DNA of 64,000 bases from positions 2,043,451 to 2,107,450 of the forward strand of contig MU058289.1 in assembly GCA_013265495.1 (NCBI GenBank). Reading direction: 5' to 3'. Position 1 is the first letter of the stretch; each line of letters begins with the position of its first letter. Shown here in pieces: positions 12,530 through 25,129 of this stretch. A program made the translations under genes and the position numbers. The stretch is from Vicugna vicugna (taxonomy: Eukaryota). The notes beneath the pieces are model-generated. The model was given only the letters and a program-made list of their open reading frames with translations. It made no database searches and was not told the origin of the DNA.

Positions 12530-12780
12530 CATGGTTAGAACAAGGAACCCGTAGACGGGCAATGGCTTGAATCCCTCTTGCTGGCTGTGTGCCCTTGGGC
12601 AAGATGTTTCTCCATACCATAAAGTATGGTACTTTATGTACCATAAAACTGGTACAATAATAGTATGTACCTCATAGGATTATTGTTGTATGGATTAGAT
12701 AAGTTAATAACTATGAACCGATTAGAACAGTGCCATATAGTAAACTGTCATATAGTAAATACTTAATAAATGTAGTTAGC
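12530..12780 (+). mobile_element. MIR SINE
   Basis: GCTGTGTGCCCTTGGGCAAG...AATAATAGTATGTACCTCATAGGATT...TTAGAACAGTGCC...ACTTAATAAATGTAG. Confidence 0.8.
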
Positions 12781-12829
12781 ATGTGAATACTGGAAAATTT
12801 CTAGATGATTCCCATACACCATCTGAAAA

Positions 12830-13400
12830 ACCAGAAAACAAAATTCGACTGGAATGTGTATTGGGCAGTGATTTGCAACATATTACAGAGAGCAAAAGGT
12901 TATTGTCCTCAACATGTAGAGAGCCCTTAAGAATCAATAAGAGAAACATGTACAAACAAATGCTATCAATTCCAAAAGAAATAAAACTACACAACAAACA
13001 TTAAGACATTCAACTTTAATATCATCAGAAATATACATTAAAATAATATGTTTCTGGTCTCTGATATTTGCAAAGAGTGAAAAAGGATAATTACCAATGC
13101 TGATGAGCATGGGTGGAAAACCAGAACTTGCATACCCTGTTAGGTAGATTCTGAATTATTACCATCCTTCTGAGACCAATATAGCAGCAATGTAGACCCA
13201 CGTGTAATGTGATCCACTCTTTGGAATTAATCATAAGGAAATTAGCAATCGTCAAACAGGTTGAAGACAATATATGAATAAGGATGTTCATTGTAGTCCC
13301 CATGTTAAGACACCTCAGACGCCAATTAATGGAGCTTCACAAAGAGACAAAACTGGTTTCAGAGCAAATTGAATATGATCGGATCCATTTTTGTAGATAC
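12830..13400 (+). mobile_element. Decayed L1 ORF2 3' remnant (L1ME-like)
   Basis: AAATATACATTAAAATAAT...ACCAATGCTGATGAG...AGGATGTTCATTGTAG. Confidence 0.55.
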
Positions 13401-14281
13401 ATATGCAGAGGGTGTCAAGAACAGCTGTTCTGAGTATTGGGGAGGGGGCTGGTGGCAGGTATGATATTAGGAAGCCCAACAGGGGCTGCAGATCCTTGGA
13501 AATTCACATCAGTCTCCTCACGCCCAAAGCTGACGATTTCAACTCCACCTGTCTGATTACTGAATTTTGTTTCGCAGTTGGTTCAAAACTTGATAGGGAG
13601 AGAAGAGTATTGTTTAATGCTCACCTCAAATGCCAACGAACACCTCATCTTCTCTCATTCTTTCACAATAGACCTGATTTGATGAGCCATTAAGCCCATC
13701 ATTTAGCAACCCAAACTTGGTTACCCTTTCTCTCCTCAAGGGCAGGAAGGGCTTAATATGCAGACCTTCCCGGAGGAGAGATGAAATATTTGCATTCTGT
13801 CTCTCTAATGCAACAAAAAAGAAAAAAGATCAAAGAGCTTAGATTCTTTAATGAAGCAGGCTGAGCACGCATAGTCTGCTACCACATATATGTAAAATGT
13901 ATTATAAGTAACTGAGAAAAAAGACTGGAGGGATATGCACCCAAGGACAAAGTGGAGGAGGGGCAGGAGAGTTGAACAAGACATTAATAGTAATTGAATA
14001 GAACGGATCAAGGGTGTTTCCTGTTTTCTTGAATTTCATGATTTTTTTCCTGTAATTTACATATATTTCTCCTGAAGTAGAAACAATCCTCTATACACTT
14101 AGATTGTTGTCTGCCTTTCAGAGGTGTCTCCTCAACTCAAAATCATCTCTAATCCTAGCCCTTATTTCGACAGTGTTGTTGGGCGTCTAGCAGCCATCTT
14201 GTACCATGCGCTTACCTGCTTCCAATCCCCAATGCTACCTACCTCCATCCTGGCCTGAGGAGCTGAACCAGGGGTGGGCAG

Positions 14282-14782
14282 TGTGGACGGGGAACGTTGC
14301 CTGCCATTCCAGTAAACAAAGAATGTTGTCCACCCTTCTAGTTCTCCAAGGATCAAGCCAGCAGCCACTACTGTTGCCCCCCTCCACCCCTTCCATCCCC
14401 ACCCTGTGCACCCTGAGGGGAATTCAGGATGGAGAAAAACAAGGAGCGTTCTGTGCTGCAGAACTGGCCCTAGACAGTTAACTAGCATATCTAAGGGATA
14501 ATTTCAAAAGAGATCAGCCTCTTGCATCTTCACGTATACAGAAAAGCACTAAAATCCTTAACTTGAAATGTCTGTTTTTTGTGATTAGCAGTAATCTTTT
14601 GATGTTTGATTACATTTTTTCCAGCAAAGAACTCCTGTGCATCCTGGCTCCTCCCTTACCTCTTGGGAGTAATTCCTCAGAGTTATCTGAGAGGCTGTCT
14701 CCTGGGCTATTGTCCTCAGTAAGGTCCCTGAATAAAAACATAACCTGCAGTTTTTCGGTTGTGCATTTAACTTCAGTCAACA
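14282..14782 (+). mobile_element. ERV1-type solo LTR, 501 bp, with a perfect 4-bp TSD
   Basis: Termini TGTGGAC...GTCAACA. TSD GCAG at 14278-14281 and 14783-14786. AATAAA at 14731. It appears to split an older MLT1-like LTR remnant (about 14180-15050). Confidence 0.9.
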
Positions 14783-15322
14783 GCAGTTACCCAAACTGGG
14801 CCAGTCAAGATCTTCTGGCTAGGAGTTTGGTTCAGGCTGAGAAACTCAATCCTTCCCTTGGCTACATCTGTAACCTATACAGCCAGGAAAGGTGGGCAGC
14901 CATGATTTTAACCACATGGCAATGGGAGTCCGGGCTCTGAGTGGTGGACCTTCCTAAGGCTCCTACTCACAGGTTCTGCAGCCTTGAAAAACCCGTGTTT
15001 TTGTTTAAGCCTATTCTAGTTGGATGGTGTAATCAGAGGAATATTAACACATAACCTTGGCACCAGAAGAGGAGTTACAAGGGGACAGTCCTTGAAAGAC
15101 AAGGCAGGATGAGAATGAAGATGACATGACCACAGTGAGGTATCCCGCCCAACACTGAGAAGCCTCCCAGCTGGGTTAAATATTAGAGAAGCAATGATGG
15201 TGCTTGCTGGCCCCTGGGTCTAGGATTAAGGGCTAACAGAGAACAGGGCTGTAGGACGTGCCTATAGTTAGATGGCTCAGGTTTTCACAAGAGATGTGTT
15301 TCCAGACAAAGAAAGCCTGGTC

Positions 15323-15534
15323 TGATACAAACTACTGTGTACAGAATAGATAAACAGCAAAGTCCTACTGTACAGCACAGAGAACTATATTCAATCACTT
15401 GTAGTAACCTGAAATGAAAAAAAAATGAAAAAGAATGTATGTGTGTATGTATAACTGAATCACTATGCTGTACACTGGAAACTAATACAACATTGTAAAT
15501 TTTTTAAATTTCCTTTAAAAAAAAAAAAAGAAAG
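15323..15534 (+). mobile_element. 5'-truncated cetartiodactyl L1 3' end
   Basis: AGAATAGATAAACAGCAAAGTCCTACTGTACAGCACAG...AACTGAATCACT...ACAACATTGTAAAT plus poly(A). TSD AAAGAAAGCCTGGTC (15308-15322) vs AAAGAAAACCTGGCC (15535-15549). Confidence 0.9.
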
Positions 15535-16294
15535 AAAGAAAACCTGGCCAACAGGGGCTTATAATTCTTGGTCCCTCAAAAAATCCACAATTCTGAGCTT
15601 GGGCTTTAGCAGGGAGAGAACCATCTAGGCAGTCACTTCCTCGGGGGACTCTTCCTCACTGCTCCTTTTTGGAGGGTCCCCACAGGACACTGGATCAGGA
15701 ATTTCCCCCAATCCCCCCCAGGAATTCCACCCTGGGGTGGCTGCTGGCCAGGGAAGCGAGCCACCAAACACCCGTGGAAGGCAAGAATCCATTGGTCCCA
15801 TCACTCCCATGTTCCTTCTGGGCAGGAAGAAATGGTATCTGCTTTGGATTGGCAACTGAGAGGGGTACAGTTCTGTTCTAGAAGGTTCTTAACATGTCCC
15901 CTCTTCTAAATGAAACTCAGCACTGTAACTGGGATGTCAGCCTAGGGTGGCACTGGGCATAGATGGAGTAGTCAAGTGACCCCCTCCCTAGAAAAAGAAG
16001 GTGAGCTCTGAGAAGAGGAGCCTTGTCGCTGCCTAGGGCATCCGGGTGGCAGGGCCAGGTGAGTTTTAGGTACCTTTCCACTGGGAGGAAGTCCTCCGAT
16101 CTAGGTTGGGGACAGATGGACAGGCAGGAGGGGCTGTTCTGTTAGCTTTACGTCCCTATTTGCAGGCCTCTCACTACAGGCTGCCCTCCAAGCCTGGAAC
16201 TCCAGGGTTGACTACTGCCTTCTTCCAAATAGGTATCCCCTTATGCTCAAATTAGCTTTGGCTATGTTTTACTTGCAACTTTACAGAGTCTTGA

Positions 16295-16840
16295 ATTTTT
16301 TAAATTAATTTATTTTTTACTAAAAAGGTCATAACTGAACATGATAAAAAATTCAAAGAGGTCAAAGGGTAGTCAAGAAAAAGTAGATCTGGCTTCCACT
16401 CCAGACCCCTGTCTCTTTCTCTGGAGGCAGCCACCATTAACAGTTTATAGAAAGGTTTTCCATAAGCCCTTTCAGAACCGTCCATGCATAGAGAAGCACT
16501 TGTACGTGGTTTTTAAAACAAATATTACACACACTGTTTGGCACTTCGATGTTTGTTCTTTTTATTTTTTTGCTTAATAACATCTTAGAGATCATTTCTT
16601 ATACTAATTCATTTTTAATTTAAACATAAGTAAATAAAGAAGTGGTACTATGATAATTAGCTAACTGTTTGTGAAAATATTAAGTTTCTTCTTTATACTA
16701 TGCACCAAAATACATTCCAAGTAGTAGATTAAAGGTTTAATTATAACAACAGAAGCTTTCAAAAATAATGGAAGGAAACGTGCGTGTGTGATCTTCACAT
16801 GGTGGCTCTTGAGTGAGATAAACATGAAAACTACAATATC
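16295..16840. mobile_element. Decayed L1ME-like fragments
   Basis: AT-rich L1-like stretches (CTGGAGGCAGCCACCATTAACAGTTT; CTTTATACTATGCACCAAAATACATTCCAAG). Confidence 0.45.
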
Positions 16841-16911
16841 CTAGGCTCCCAGGCTCAAGTGTTGGCATGTGGGTTCTCTCTGAACTCCACTTTTTTCCCT
16901 ATAAGACAGGA

Positions 16912-17300
16912 GTGTTTTAGATAGGGCTCCCCAAATGCAGACCCCAAGATGAGAATCCATGTGGTTTATTAAGGATACACTCTTAGGGAAATGCATTGAG
17001 GGAAGGGGGCAGGGCAGGGCAGGGCAGAAGCTAGAGAAGATGACTATCTCAGGCAAAGTCCCAGCTATTTCCATCTTGAGGCAAAGAAGCTGGGCTTTCC
17101 TATGCCTGCATCTGTCAGTCATTGATTAAGGGTTGCCCAAGGGACATGACCTCTCTGTGTCTGGGGGCGGAGCAGCTCCTATAACCCAGGGAGGCCTCGA
17201 GAAGTTGCAGGTACAGCTCACAGGACTAGGGCACAGATGCCCAAGTGTGGCAAAGGGGCTCCGAGAGGCTCTGGGAGGAACATCAATTGTGCTGACTGCG
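16912..17300 (-). mobile_element. ERVL solo LTR (LTR16-like)
   Basis: GCAGACCCCAAGATGAGAAT...GGTTTATT...GTCAGTCATTG...CTGGGAGGAACATCAA pattern of antisense LTR16-group elements. Confidence 0.6.
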
Positions 17301-17484
17301 GAGGGAGGCTTTCACAGAGGTGGGGGCCAGGGGAGGCCTGTGGGGTCAGACCAATGCCACGGTCAGCTGGAGGTCAAGACGTGAAGTTACAACTCTGAGT
17401 TTGCAGCAAAAATTCCAAAAGGATGGGATCTCCCAGGCCCTCACACCCACAGCCAGCTGGCCCCGGAGCAAAGGCATCTTCAGG

Positions 17485-17845
17485 GCAGGGAGTTTGTGCT
17501 GAGGGCTCTCAGGACAGACCCCTGTAAGGGAGTGAAGAGTGCAGGAGTGGACAGAGAGAGAAGCCGACCCCAGTGGAGTTATAACCAAGACCTCAGCCAG
17601 TCCCACAGAGAGGTCTGGAGCTGGGACAACCCTTCACAGTTGCCCCCAAATCTATGCAAGGAATAAGCCATTGTATCCTGGCATCAGCCAGACACTGGCT
17701 GTGGAATCGCTCCAGGAGAGGTGCTTGCTGGCTGCCGAGGTAATGCCTGTTGAAGGACACAGTGAAATTCCCAGCAGCCGAGCGGTGACGGTGTCGGCCC
17801 TGGAGAGGGGGTCTGGGTGGCGCACCACGGTGTCCCCTGTATGCA
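17485..17845 (-). mobile_element. ERVL LTR (LTR16A-like)
   Basis: CCTGTAAGGGAGTGAAG...CCTCAGCCAGTCCCACAG...TCTGGAGCTGGGA...GGGGTCTGGGTGGCGCACCAC. Confidence 0.7.
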
Positions 17846-20323
17846 GAGATGGGAACGTCTCCTCTCCTGGAGACTCCCGGCTGCTGTGACTCTCCCAGGA
17901 GAGGAGCTGAGGGGGAGCCCCGGGAGCCGCAGATCCAAGGCCATTGGCATGGACTCACCCCTCAAGGAGATTCCTTCTTTGGAGCCCCAGGGAAGTGGGG
18001 ATGGGTGGGTGGGGGTGCTGCCAATGGGAGAGATATCAGAGAAGGAGATGTTCTCAGAAACCTGGCTGGGGGAACACTAAGGGTCAAAGGTGAAACTCTA
18101 GAGTCGGGGTGCTCCAGTCTGGGGCCTGTCTCTCCAGAGCTTTGCTGTAGAAGGCAGAGTAGATTGACTAGGCGGTCAGCCAGCCTGAGCAAGGTGGACT
18201 TCAGCGAATGCTCTGCCCCTCTCCGGGCTGAGCAGACCGTGGCAGGTTTACCTTTGAGAAGGGTTCCCAAGAGGGTGGGGGGCCTGTGGCTGAGAGCATG
18301 TTGCTTCCCTTTCCAGCTGCTGGATCAGAAAAGCAGAGAGAGTTGCCCAGGAATGACCAGGCCTGGCCTGGCTTGGAGAGAAGGACTGTCTCGAGCCTGG
18401 GAGGTGTGTTTCTGGCCCCACACCCCCATCCCCATCACCTCAACTGCGGTTGCTTATAAACAAATTATCCAGAGAATCAGAAGTGGCAGAGGGGTGTGGG
18501 TAGTAATTGGAGGAATTGTCCCCACCCGCCACCCCACCCCACCGCCTGCCTCCCGCCCCTTCACAGATGAGGTTATGGCCAAAGGCAACCCTGGGAGCCC
18601 AGAGAGGCGGTGATGGAAAAAGCAGGCCAGTTCAGGGTGTGGCCACCCAGGGAGGGGTGTGGACCCCTGCACAGCTTGGGTCCAGCCAAGAGGTGGGGTG
18701 TGCACTCTTGCTGTTCCCTGTGCTGCCCAGCACTGGGCTGGAGCCGGGGTCTCAGGAGGACTTGGCTTTGGATTTGGTTGCCAGGATACGGCACGGCCCT
18801 GCCTAAGCATCCCTGGAAAGCTTGTTTCCCTGAAACACCCCCGACCAGGGCCAGAGCGGAAGGGCCGAGACTCATTATTGGCTGAACAGACGGTTCTTAA
18901 CAAATTGTCCTCGGCAAGCTCTGCAGACAGGGATGTGTGGGCAGCTCAGCCGCATGAGGAGGTCTGGGGAGGATCCAGGCATCTGGTACTGTGGGGGAGA
19001 GGAGTTCGTGTGCCCCCTACATCAGGAGCAGCCAGGCTCCTTGCTGGAGAGGCTGTCAGCCAGCTCAGCCCCCATGCCCCTCATTGTTCTCCCAGAACTG
19101 CCCCCAGGACTATTTCCCTCCACCCCAACTGGACACCCCACTCCTGCACACACACAGCCCCCAAGCCTGTGAGGAGCCAGCCACCAAGAGCCAAACATTA
19201 TGGATTACGCCCCAAACCAGAAAGGACAACTAACAACTCAGAACGGAGCTCCGCTCACACTGGTATTGATTCTGGCCCTACAGTGGTGCGGAGGCTGGTG
19301 AGAACCAGGCGCACCTGTGGAAGGAGAGTGTTTCTTGCCTCGCAGACACTGAAGGTTTTAATCGACGCAGAACGTCTCAGGACAGCATGTGCTCCCCCAC
19401 TCCCCTGTGCTAGGCTGGGGCACAAGAGCGGCAGCTCAGGCAGTTAGAGCTGGTGCCTTTGGGATGCAAGGCCAGGTCCCAAGCCAAAGAGGGTTCCGTG
19501 GACTTACGAGCTGGGGAATCCTAGGAAATGGAAGGGACCAGTCCCATTGCATGCAGCTCAGGAGAGCATCAGTGACCCGGCTCAGCACACCAGTCCTGCA
19601 GGTGGGAGGACCCAGTACCAGCCCATGTGCCCTGGAGTGTCTGATGCTGGCTATAAGACTTGCTCCAGGGAAAATATTTGAGCTGTGGATGTGTGGGACT
19701 TTGGCATTGCATCCTCAGTGGCCCCTAGCTCCCCTTCACTTGTCTTGTGGTGGCTGGATTTTCAGGAAGCAGGTCCTCGTGAGAAGGAGATGGGGCTGGG
19801 GTGTGTAGGGCAGAACTTCTTCCTAAAGAGAAGTGTGGTTCCAGTGTCCTTCAGAGCCTCATTTAGGGAAGCCTGGACAAGTGGAGGCAGCTGTGTCTGC
19901 TCAGCTGGGAGGCATGAGAGGTGGGGAGGAGGGGCAGGCAGATTCTAAAGGAGGCAAAAGCCCTGAGATGTGGCTTCCAGATGATGGGCCCCAGGCCGAC
20001 AATGCTCATGGAGGTGGGCCGGCAGCTGGGAGGAGAGCCGACCCACCAGGCCCAAGAAGGAGCCCCAGCTGGGCCAGCAGTCACTGGGAGCAGCCTCCAG
20101 GCGTGCTCTATCTGGGATGCTTCTTTGTGGCCAACGCCGGAGGTTTATCCTTATCATGGAGTCTGGATGTTTCCCTCCACTGCCCTCTCCTTGCAGCCGC
20201 CCCGGGCAGAGTGGGGAGGATCACTTAAACATGGGTCATGTGAATGCGCAGCCCAAAGATCTCGGGTTGGCCAGGAACATTGAGCCCTTTTCTCACAGGC
20301 TGCCGGGTCCGCGGGGAGCCTTA

Positions 20324-20357
20324 GCAGCGCCCCCTGGAGGAGACGTGGGACCTGCAG
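20324..20357 (-). promoter_or_regulatory. Predicted CTCF site with core and upstream motif
   Basis: Minus strand reads CTGCAGGTCC-CACGTCT-CCTCCAGGGGGCGCTGC. The core matches CCASYAGRKGGCRS at 13 of 14 positions and the upstream CTGCAG motif sits at the known spacing. Confidence 0.75.
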
Positions 20358-21117
20358 CTTCCCCTGTGGGCCAACCCAGCCAAAGGGCCAGGAGGCTGCC
20401 ATCGAGGCAGCACCTCTCTGGAACATCGGTGTAGACGGCATCCCCAGGGAGCCCAGGAGGTCCGAAGCTGGGGCACAAAGAAGGACTGGCCTCCACATGC
20501 ACATCAGGGCTGCGGGAAATGCTGCCAGGGAGACGAAAGACGGAGGGAAAGGCAAAAGTGCCACTCTCCACGAGCTCAGAAGAGTGCTTCAGGGACAGAG
20601 AAAGCGTCTCCAAACTGGGGTCCTTGGTCCACATGGGAAGGAGACCCTCCCTTCGGGAGCGCCAGAGGGATCCAAAGTCCTATCTCAGCTGTTCTGGGTG
20701 AGTAAGGCACAACTCCATACACGTAAAACGTGGGCACGGGCTTCCCGCCAGGAGCCTACAGAGTGAGTCATTTGGGGCTGCTGAAATTGAAGTCTGGGCG
20801 TCAGTGCATTCATCTTAGTGTTCTGCTGAGGTGTGTGGCGGCCAGGCCGCACCGCACGGCTCCCCACTCACAGGCACCCAGGGCATGGAGATCACCAGTT
20901 GTCAGGGAAGAGCTTTGTTATGATCACATCCTCAGACTCCTGAGAGTCGGTCACAGCACAGCTGCTGTTAATCTTGTAGCGGGGGTAACACACAGTGGAG
21001 GAAAAGAATTGCAGCTTAAAACTATCATTCTATTCTTGGGAGGGGTGTGGGGCCTGGTGAAGGAAAGATGACCCTTTCAGAGGATCTGCTCTTGGTTCTG
21101 CCCCAGTGACCCTCACA

Positions 21118-21175
21118 GTGTGTGTGTGTGTGTGTGTGTGTGTGCACGCGCGTGTGTGTTTGTGTGTGTGCGTGT
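21118..21175. repeat. (TG)n compound microsatellite
   Basis: Directly visible; alternating purine-pyrimidine including CACGCGCGTG. Confidence 0.95.
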
Positions 21176-22107
21176 TCAGCACAGCGATGGTGGGCTGGGA
21201 GCGGCTGTGGGAGTAAGAGCTTGGACTCCTAGAGGGCAGCCACCTCTGGGACAGGGGTAGGGGGCAGGGGGCAGAGGTCGTGGCCAGAAAGTGGGAGCCC
21301 AGGGCAGACACAGAGAAAAGGGATGTCTAACAGGCAGCCCCTCCTCACAGGTCCACACGGTCGCAGGCCTCCACTTGTGTTCTCAGTTGATTTGGAGAGG
21401 CTGGGGAGGGTAGACCATGATGACTAAATCACAGAGGCATGACAGAGAGCAGAGGACAAGAATTCAGCAGCGGCTGCAGCTGGAGCCCGAAGCGACATGA
21501 GCATATAATTCACCCCCACTCTCAGGCTCCAATGTGCAGAACTCTCAGGAGAGTTATGAGACTTTCTGTTGCATGTGAAATAGTGTTTAGACCATAAGGG
21601 GCATCTGGGTTACATTTGTTAGGTTTTAATATTGTTTGGTTTAATTTTTAAATGTTGTTATTAAAGCGATGCATACACCTAGCTCAAGAAGTCAAATAGT
21701 ACCAAAAGAATTATAATAAGGAACAGTGGCTTTACTTCCCTGCATCCCAATCTTCTTCCCGGAGACAGAGCTTTTACCTCCTGTCCCTGCTCCCTCCCGC
21801 GTTCACCTCCGTGTTTCCAGTCCACGCTCACAACCATGGCTGCTTCTTCACTCGTTGGTTCTGTTGTTCTATTTTGATATCCCACCATGGGAATGAGTCC
21901 CCCTTCCCAGGGCACCCCCTCCCTACTTCTCCAACATCCGCCATCACACTTCTGGGCAGTGTTTATTACTATGACTACAAATATTGTTTATTGTTGAGTC
22001 AGGAATATATCATCATCTCATCTCTTACCCAACCTTGTTTTTTTCCCTCTAGAGTTATTAATTGCTTTGCTTTTTTATTTGCCTGGTTTTCAATATACCT
22101 ATCATTA

Positions 22108-22985
22108 TTTTTTTTCATTTTTTCAAATGGAAGTATAGTTGGTTCACAATGTTGCAGGTGTACAACAGAGTGATTCAGTTATACATAAATATATAAATCT
22201 ATTCTTTTTCAGATTCGTTTCCACTATAGGTTATTACAGCATGTTGAATATTGTTCCCTGTGCTGTGGTTATCTATTTTACATATGTTAACCCCAAACTC
22301 CTAATTTATCCCTCCCCTCTTCCCCTTTGGTAACTATAAGTTTGTTTTCTAGGTCTGTGAGACTATTTCTTTTTTGTAAATAAGTTCACTTGTATCATTT
22401 TTTTAAGATTCCACATAAGTGATAATATATGATATTTGTCTTTCTCTGTCTGACTTAATTCACTTAATATGATAATCTCTAGGTCCATTCATGTTGCTGC
22501 AAATGCCATTATTTCTTTCCTTTTAATGGCTGTGTAGTAATCCATTGTATAAATATACAACACCTTCTTTATCCATCCATCTGTCAATGGACATTTAGGT
22601 TGCTTCCATGTCTTGGCTATTGTAAAAAGTGCTGCTATGAACATTGGGGTGCATATATATTTTCAAATTAGAGTTTTCTCTGGATATATGCCCAGGAGTG
22701 GGATTGCTGGATCATATGATAACTCTGTTTTCAGTTTTTTAAGGAACCTCTATACTGTTCTCCATAGTGGCTGCACCAATTTATATTCCCACCAACAGTG
22801 TAGGAGGGCTCCCTTTTTCTCCACACCCTCTCCAGCATTTAATATTTATAGACTTTCTGATGATGGTCATTCTGACTGGGGTGAGATGATACCTCATTGT
22901 AGTTTTGATTTGCATTTCTCTAATAATTAGCGATGTTGAGCATCTTTTCATGTGTCTGTTTGTCATCTGTATGTCTTCTTTGGGA
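22108..22985 (-). mobile_element. 5'-truncated cetartiodactyl L1 (3' UTR plus ORF2 C-terminus)
   Basis: ORF 22781-22966 reads [18 protein letters not shown]...[11 protein letters not shown]-rich tail at 22108. TSD TACCTATCATTA at 22096-22107 and 22988-22999. Confidence 0.92.
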
Positions 22986-23544
22986 TGTACCTATCATTAA
23001 TTTTTTCTACATGTTTTGAAACCTCTGCCACAGCCTATTAACATTATTTTTTGACACACTATAGTATCACAATGCCCAAACTGCACCAACACAGCCCAGG
23101 ACATTGGAGTGAAAATACAGAAGAATCATGGGATATTTTTAATTTGTGAGAGAAATGCAGTGATAATCAATATTTGTTAGCTAGCACAAACTACTAGCAC
23201 AAAGCAGTTCACTGTTTCAGTGTTAGCATGAACTACATTCCTTAAAGCGATGTCACATTTTTCCAAAGATGGTTTTCATCATTGACTAGGATAATATGCA
23301 AGTACTGGGTAGATATCAATGTGAAACAGAAAATTAGGGTGGAGGTGTATAATCTGATTCAAAAGTTTGAAAAGTTGTGGGTATACATCTCAATAGGAAA
23401 TAGATATTAAAAGTGAAATTCAAATATTTTAATTATAATTTATGTGTACTGGTTTTTCAAAAGACTACTGTGTTGTTAGGATGTAAATATTGAGTCAGTT
23501 TTTCAGGCCTAACTATTTAGTAAATAGAACCATTAGGTATTTCT

Positions 23545-24635
23545 CTTTTTTTTAAACATTTTTTATTGATTTATAATCATTTTACAAAGTTGTGTCAAAT
23601 TCCAGTGTTCAGCACAATTTTTCAGTCATTCATGGACATATACACACTCATTGTCACATTTTTTTTTTTGTGATTTATCATAACATTTTGTGTATATTTC
23701 CCGGTGCTATACAGTGTAATCTTGTTTATCTATTCTACAATTTTGAAATCCCAGTCTATCCCTTCCCACCCTCTACCCCCCTGGTAACCACAAGTCTGTA
23801 TTCTCTGTCCATGAGTCTATTTCTGTCCTGTATTTACGCTTTGTTTTTGTTTGTTTGTTTGTTTTTTATTTAGATTCCACATATGAGCGATCTCATATGG
23901 TATTTTTATTTCTCTTTCTGGCTTACTTCACTTAGAATGACATTCTCTAGGAGCATCCATGTTGCTGCAAATGGCATTATGTTGTCGGTTTTTATGGCTG
24001 AGTAGTATTCCATTGTATAAATATACCACATCTTCTTTATCCAGTCACCTGTTGATGGACATTTAGGCTGTTTCCATGTTTTGGCTATTGTAAATAGTGC
24101 TGCTATGAACATTGGGGTGCAGGTGTCATCCTGAAGTAGATTTCCTTCTGGATACAAGCCCAGGAGTGGGATTCCTGGGTCATATGGTAAGTCTATTCCT
24201 AGTCTTTTGAGGAATCTCCACACTGTTTTCCATAGTGGCTGCACCAAACTGCATTCCCACCAGCAGTGTAGGAGGGTTCCCCTTTCTCCACAGCCTCTCC
24301 AGCATTTGTCATTTTTGGATTTTTGAATGACGGCCATTCTGACTGGTGTGAGGTGATACCTCATTGTAGTTTTGATTTGCATTTCTCTGATAATTAGTGA
24401 TATTGAACATTTTTTCATGTGCTTTTTGATCATTTGTATGTCTTCCTTGGAGAATTGCTTGTTTAGGTCTTCTGCCCATTTTTGGATTGGGTTGTTTATT
24501 TTTTTCTTATTGAGTCGTATGAGCTGCTTATATATTTTGGAGATCAAGCCTTTGTCGGTTTCACTTGCAAAAATTTTCTCCCATTCCATAGGTTTTCTTC
24601 TTGTTTTATTTCTGGTTTCCTTTGCTCTGCAGAAG
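23545..24635 (-). mobile_element. Young lineage-specific L1, 5'-truncated (1.09 kb)
   Basis: Perfect 14-bp TSD CATTAGGTATTTCT at 23531-23544 and 24636-24649, T tail, and an uninterrupted ORF2 C-terminal frame. Confidence 0.95.
23906..24589 (-). pseudogene. LINE-1 ORF2p C-terminal fragment (cysteine-rich CCHC region), 227 codons open
   Basis: WEKIFA...[19 protein letters not shown]...[18 protein letters not shown]...[13 protein letters not shown]. Lacks the endonuclease and RT domains and a promoter. Confidence 0.92.
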
Positions 24636-25129
24636 CATTAGGTATTTCTTTTGGCCTAGACTTATGAAGAAAAAATGACCAAGACAAGGACACCAGGAAC
24701 GAAGAAAATCTGGGAACCTCTGCTCTAATACAGACATTCTGTCTCATTCCTGAGGACTGCCCTCCTGGAACTTTCTCGTTCTTGCTGCAATCTGCTGTGA
24801 AGCTACCACCTTAGGAACAGCCTTCACTCTTGTCCTGTGTGGCTCAACCATTTCCCAGATGCCATATTCTTTCTCATCTTGCTGGACTGTGTCCTTCAGG
24901 TTCCTGAAAAATAAAAGGGATTTGGAAAATCAATCTTTTTAGTGCCTGAAGGTCTGAAAATGCCTTTATTCTGCTTTCATTCTTGATTGACAGTTTGGCT
25001 GGGTGTAGAATTCTATATTGAAAATAACTTTTTCCCAGAATTTTAAAAACATTGCTCCATTGTGTTGTAGTTTTTACTGTTGCTATTGAAAAGTCTGATG
25101 CCATTCTAATTTCCAGTTCTTTATAAGAC

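Larger units (their letters stand above)
23067..24722 (+). mobile_element. MER119 (hAT-Charlie) non-autonomous DNA transposon, split by a young L1
   Basis: Matches recalled MER119 (AACTACTAGC...GCAAGTAC...ATCAATGTG..ACAG...AATCTGATTC...TTAGGTATTTCTTTTGGCCTAG...GGGAACCTCTG). Degenerate 8-bp TSD CTATAGTA (23059-23066) vs CTCTAATA (24723-24730). Confidence 0.8.

Noticed and set aside
11054..14782. Provirus bounded by two LTRs
   Set aside because: The LTRs differ in length and sequence, the second has its own TSD, and the spacer is MIR and L1 with no primer-binding site or gag/pol remnant.
17849..19447. Long ORFs of 254 aa and 262 aa
   Set aside because: No recognisable domain, composition typical of GC-rich non-coding DNA, overlapping ORFs in many frames, and no clear splice structure.
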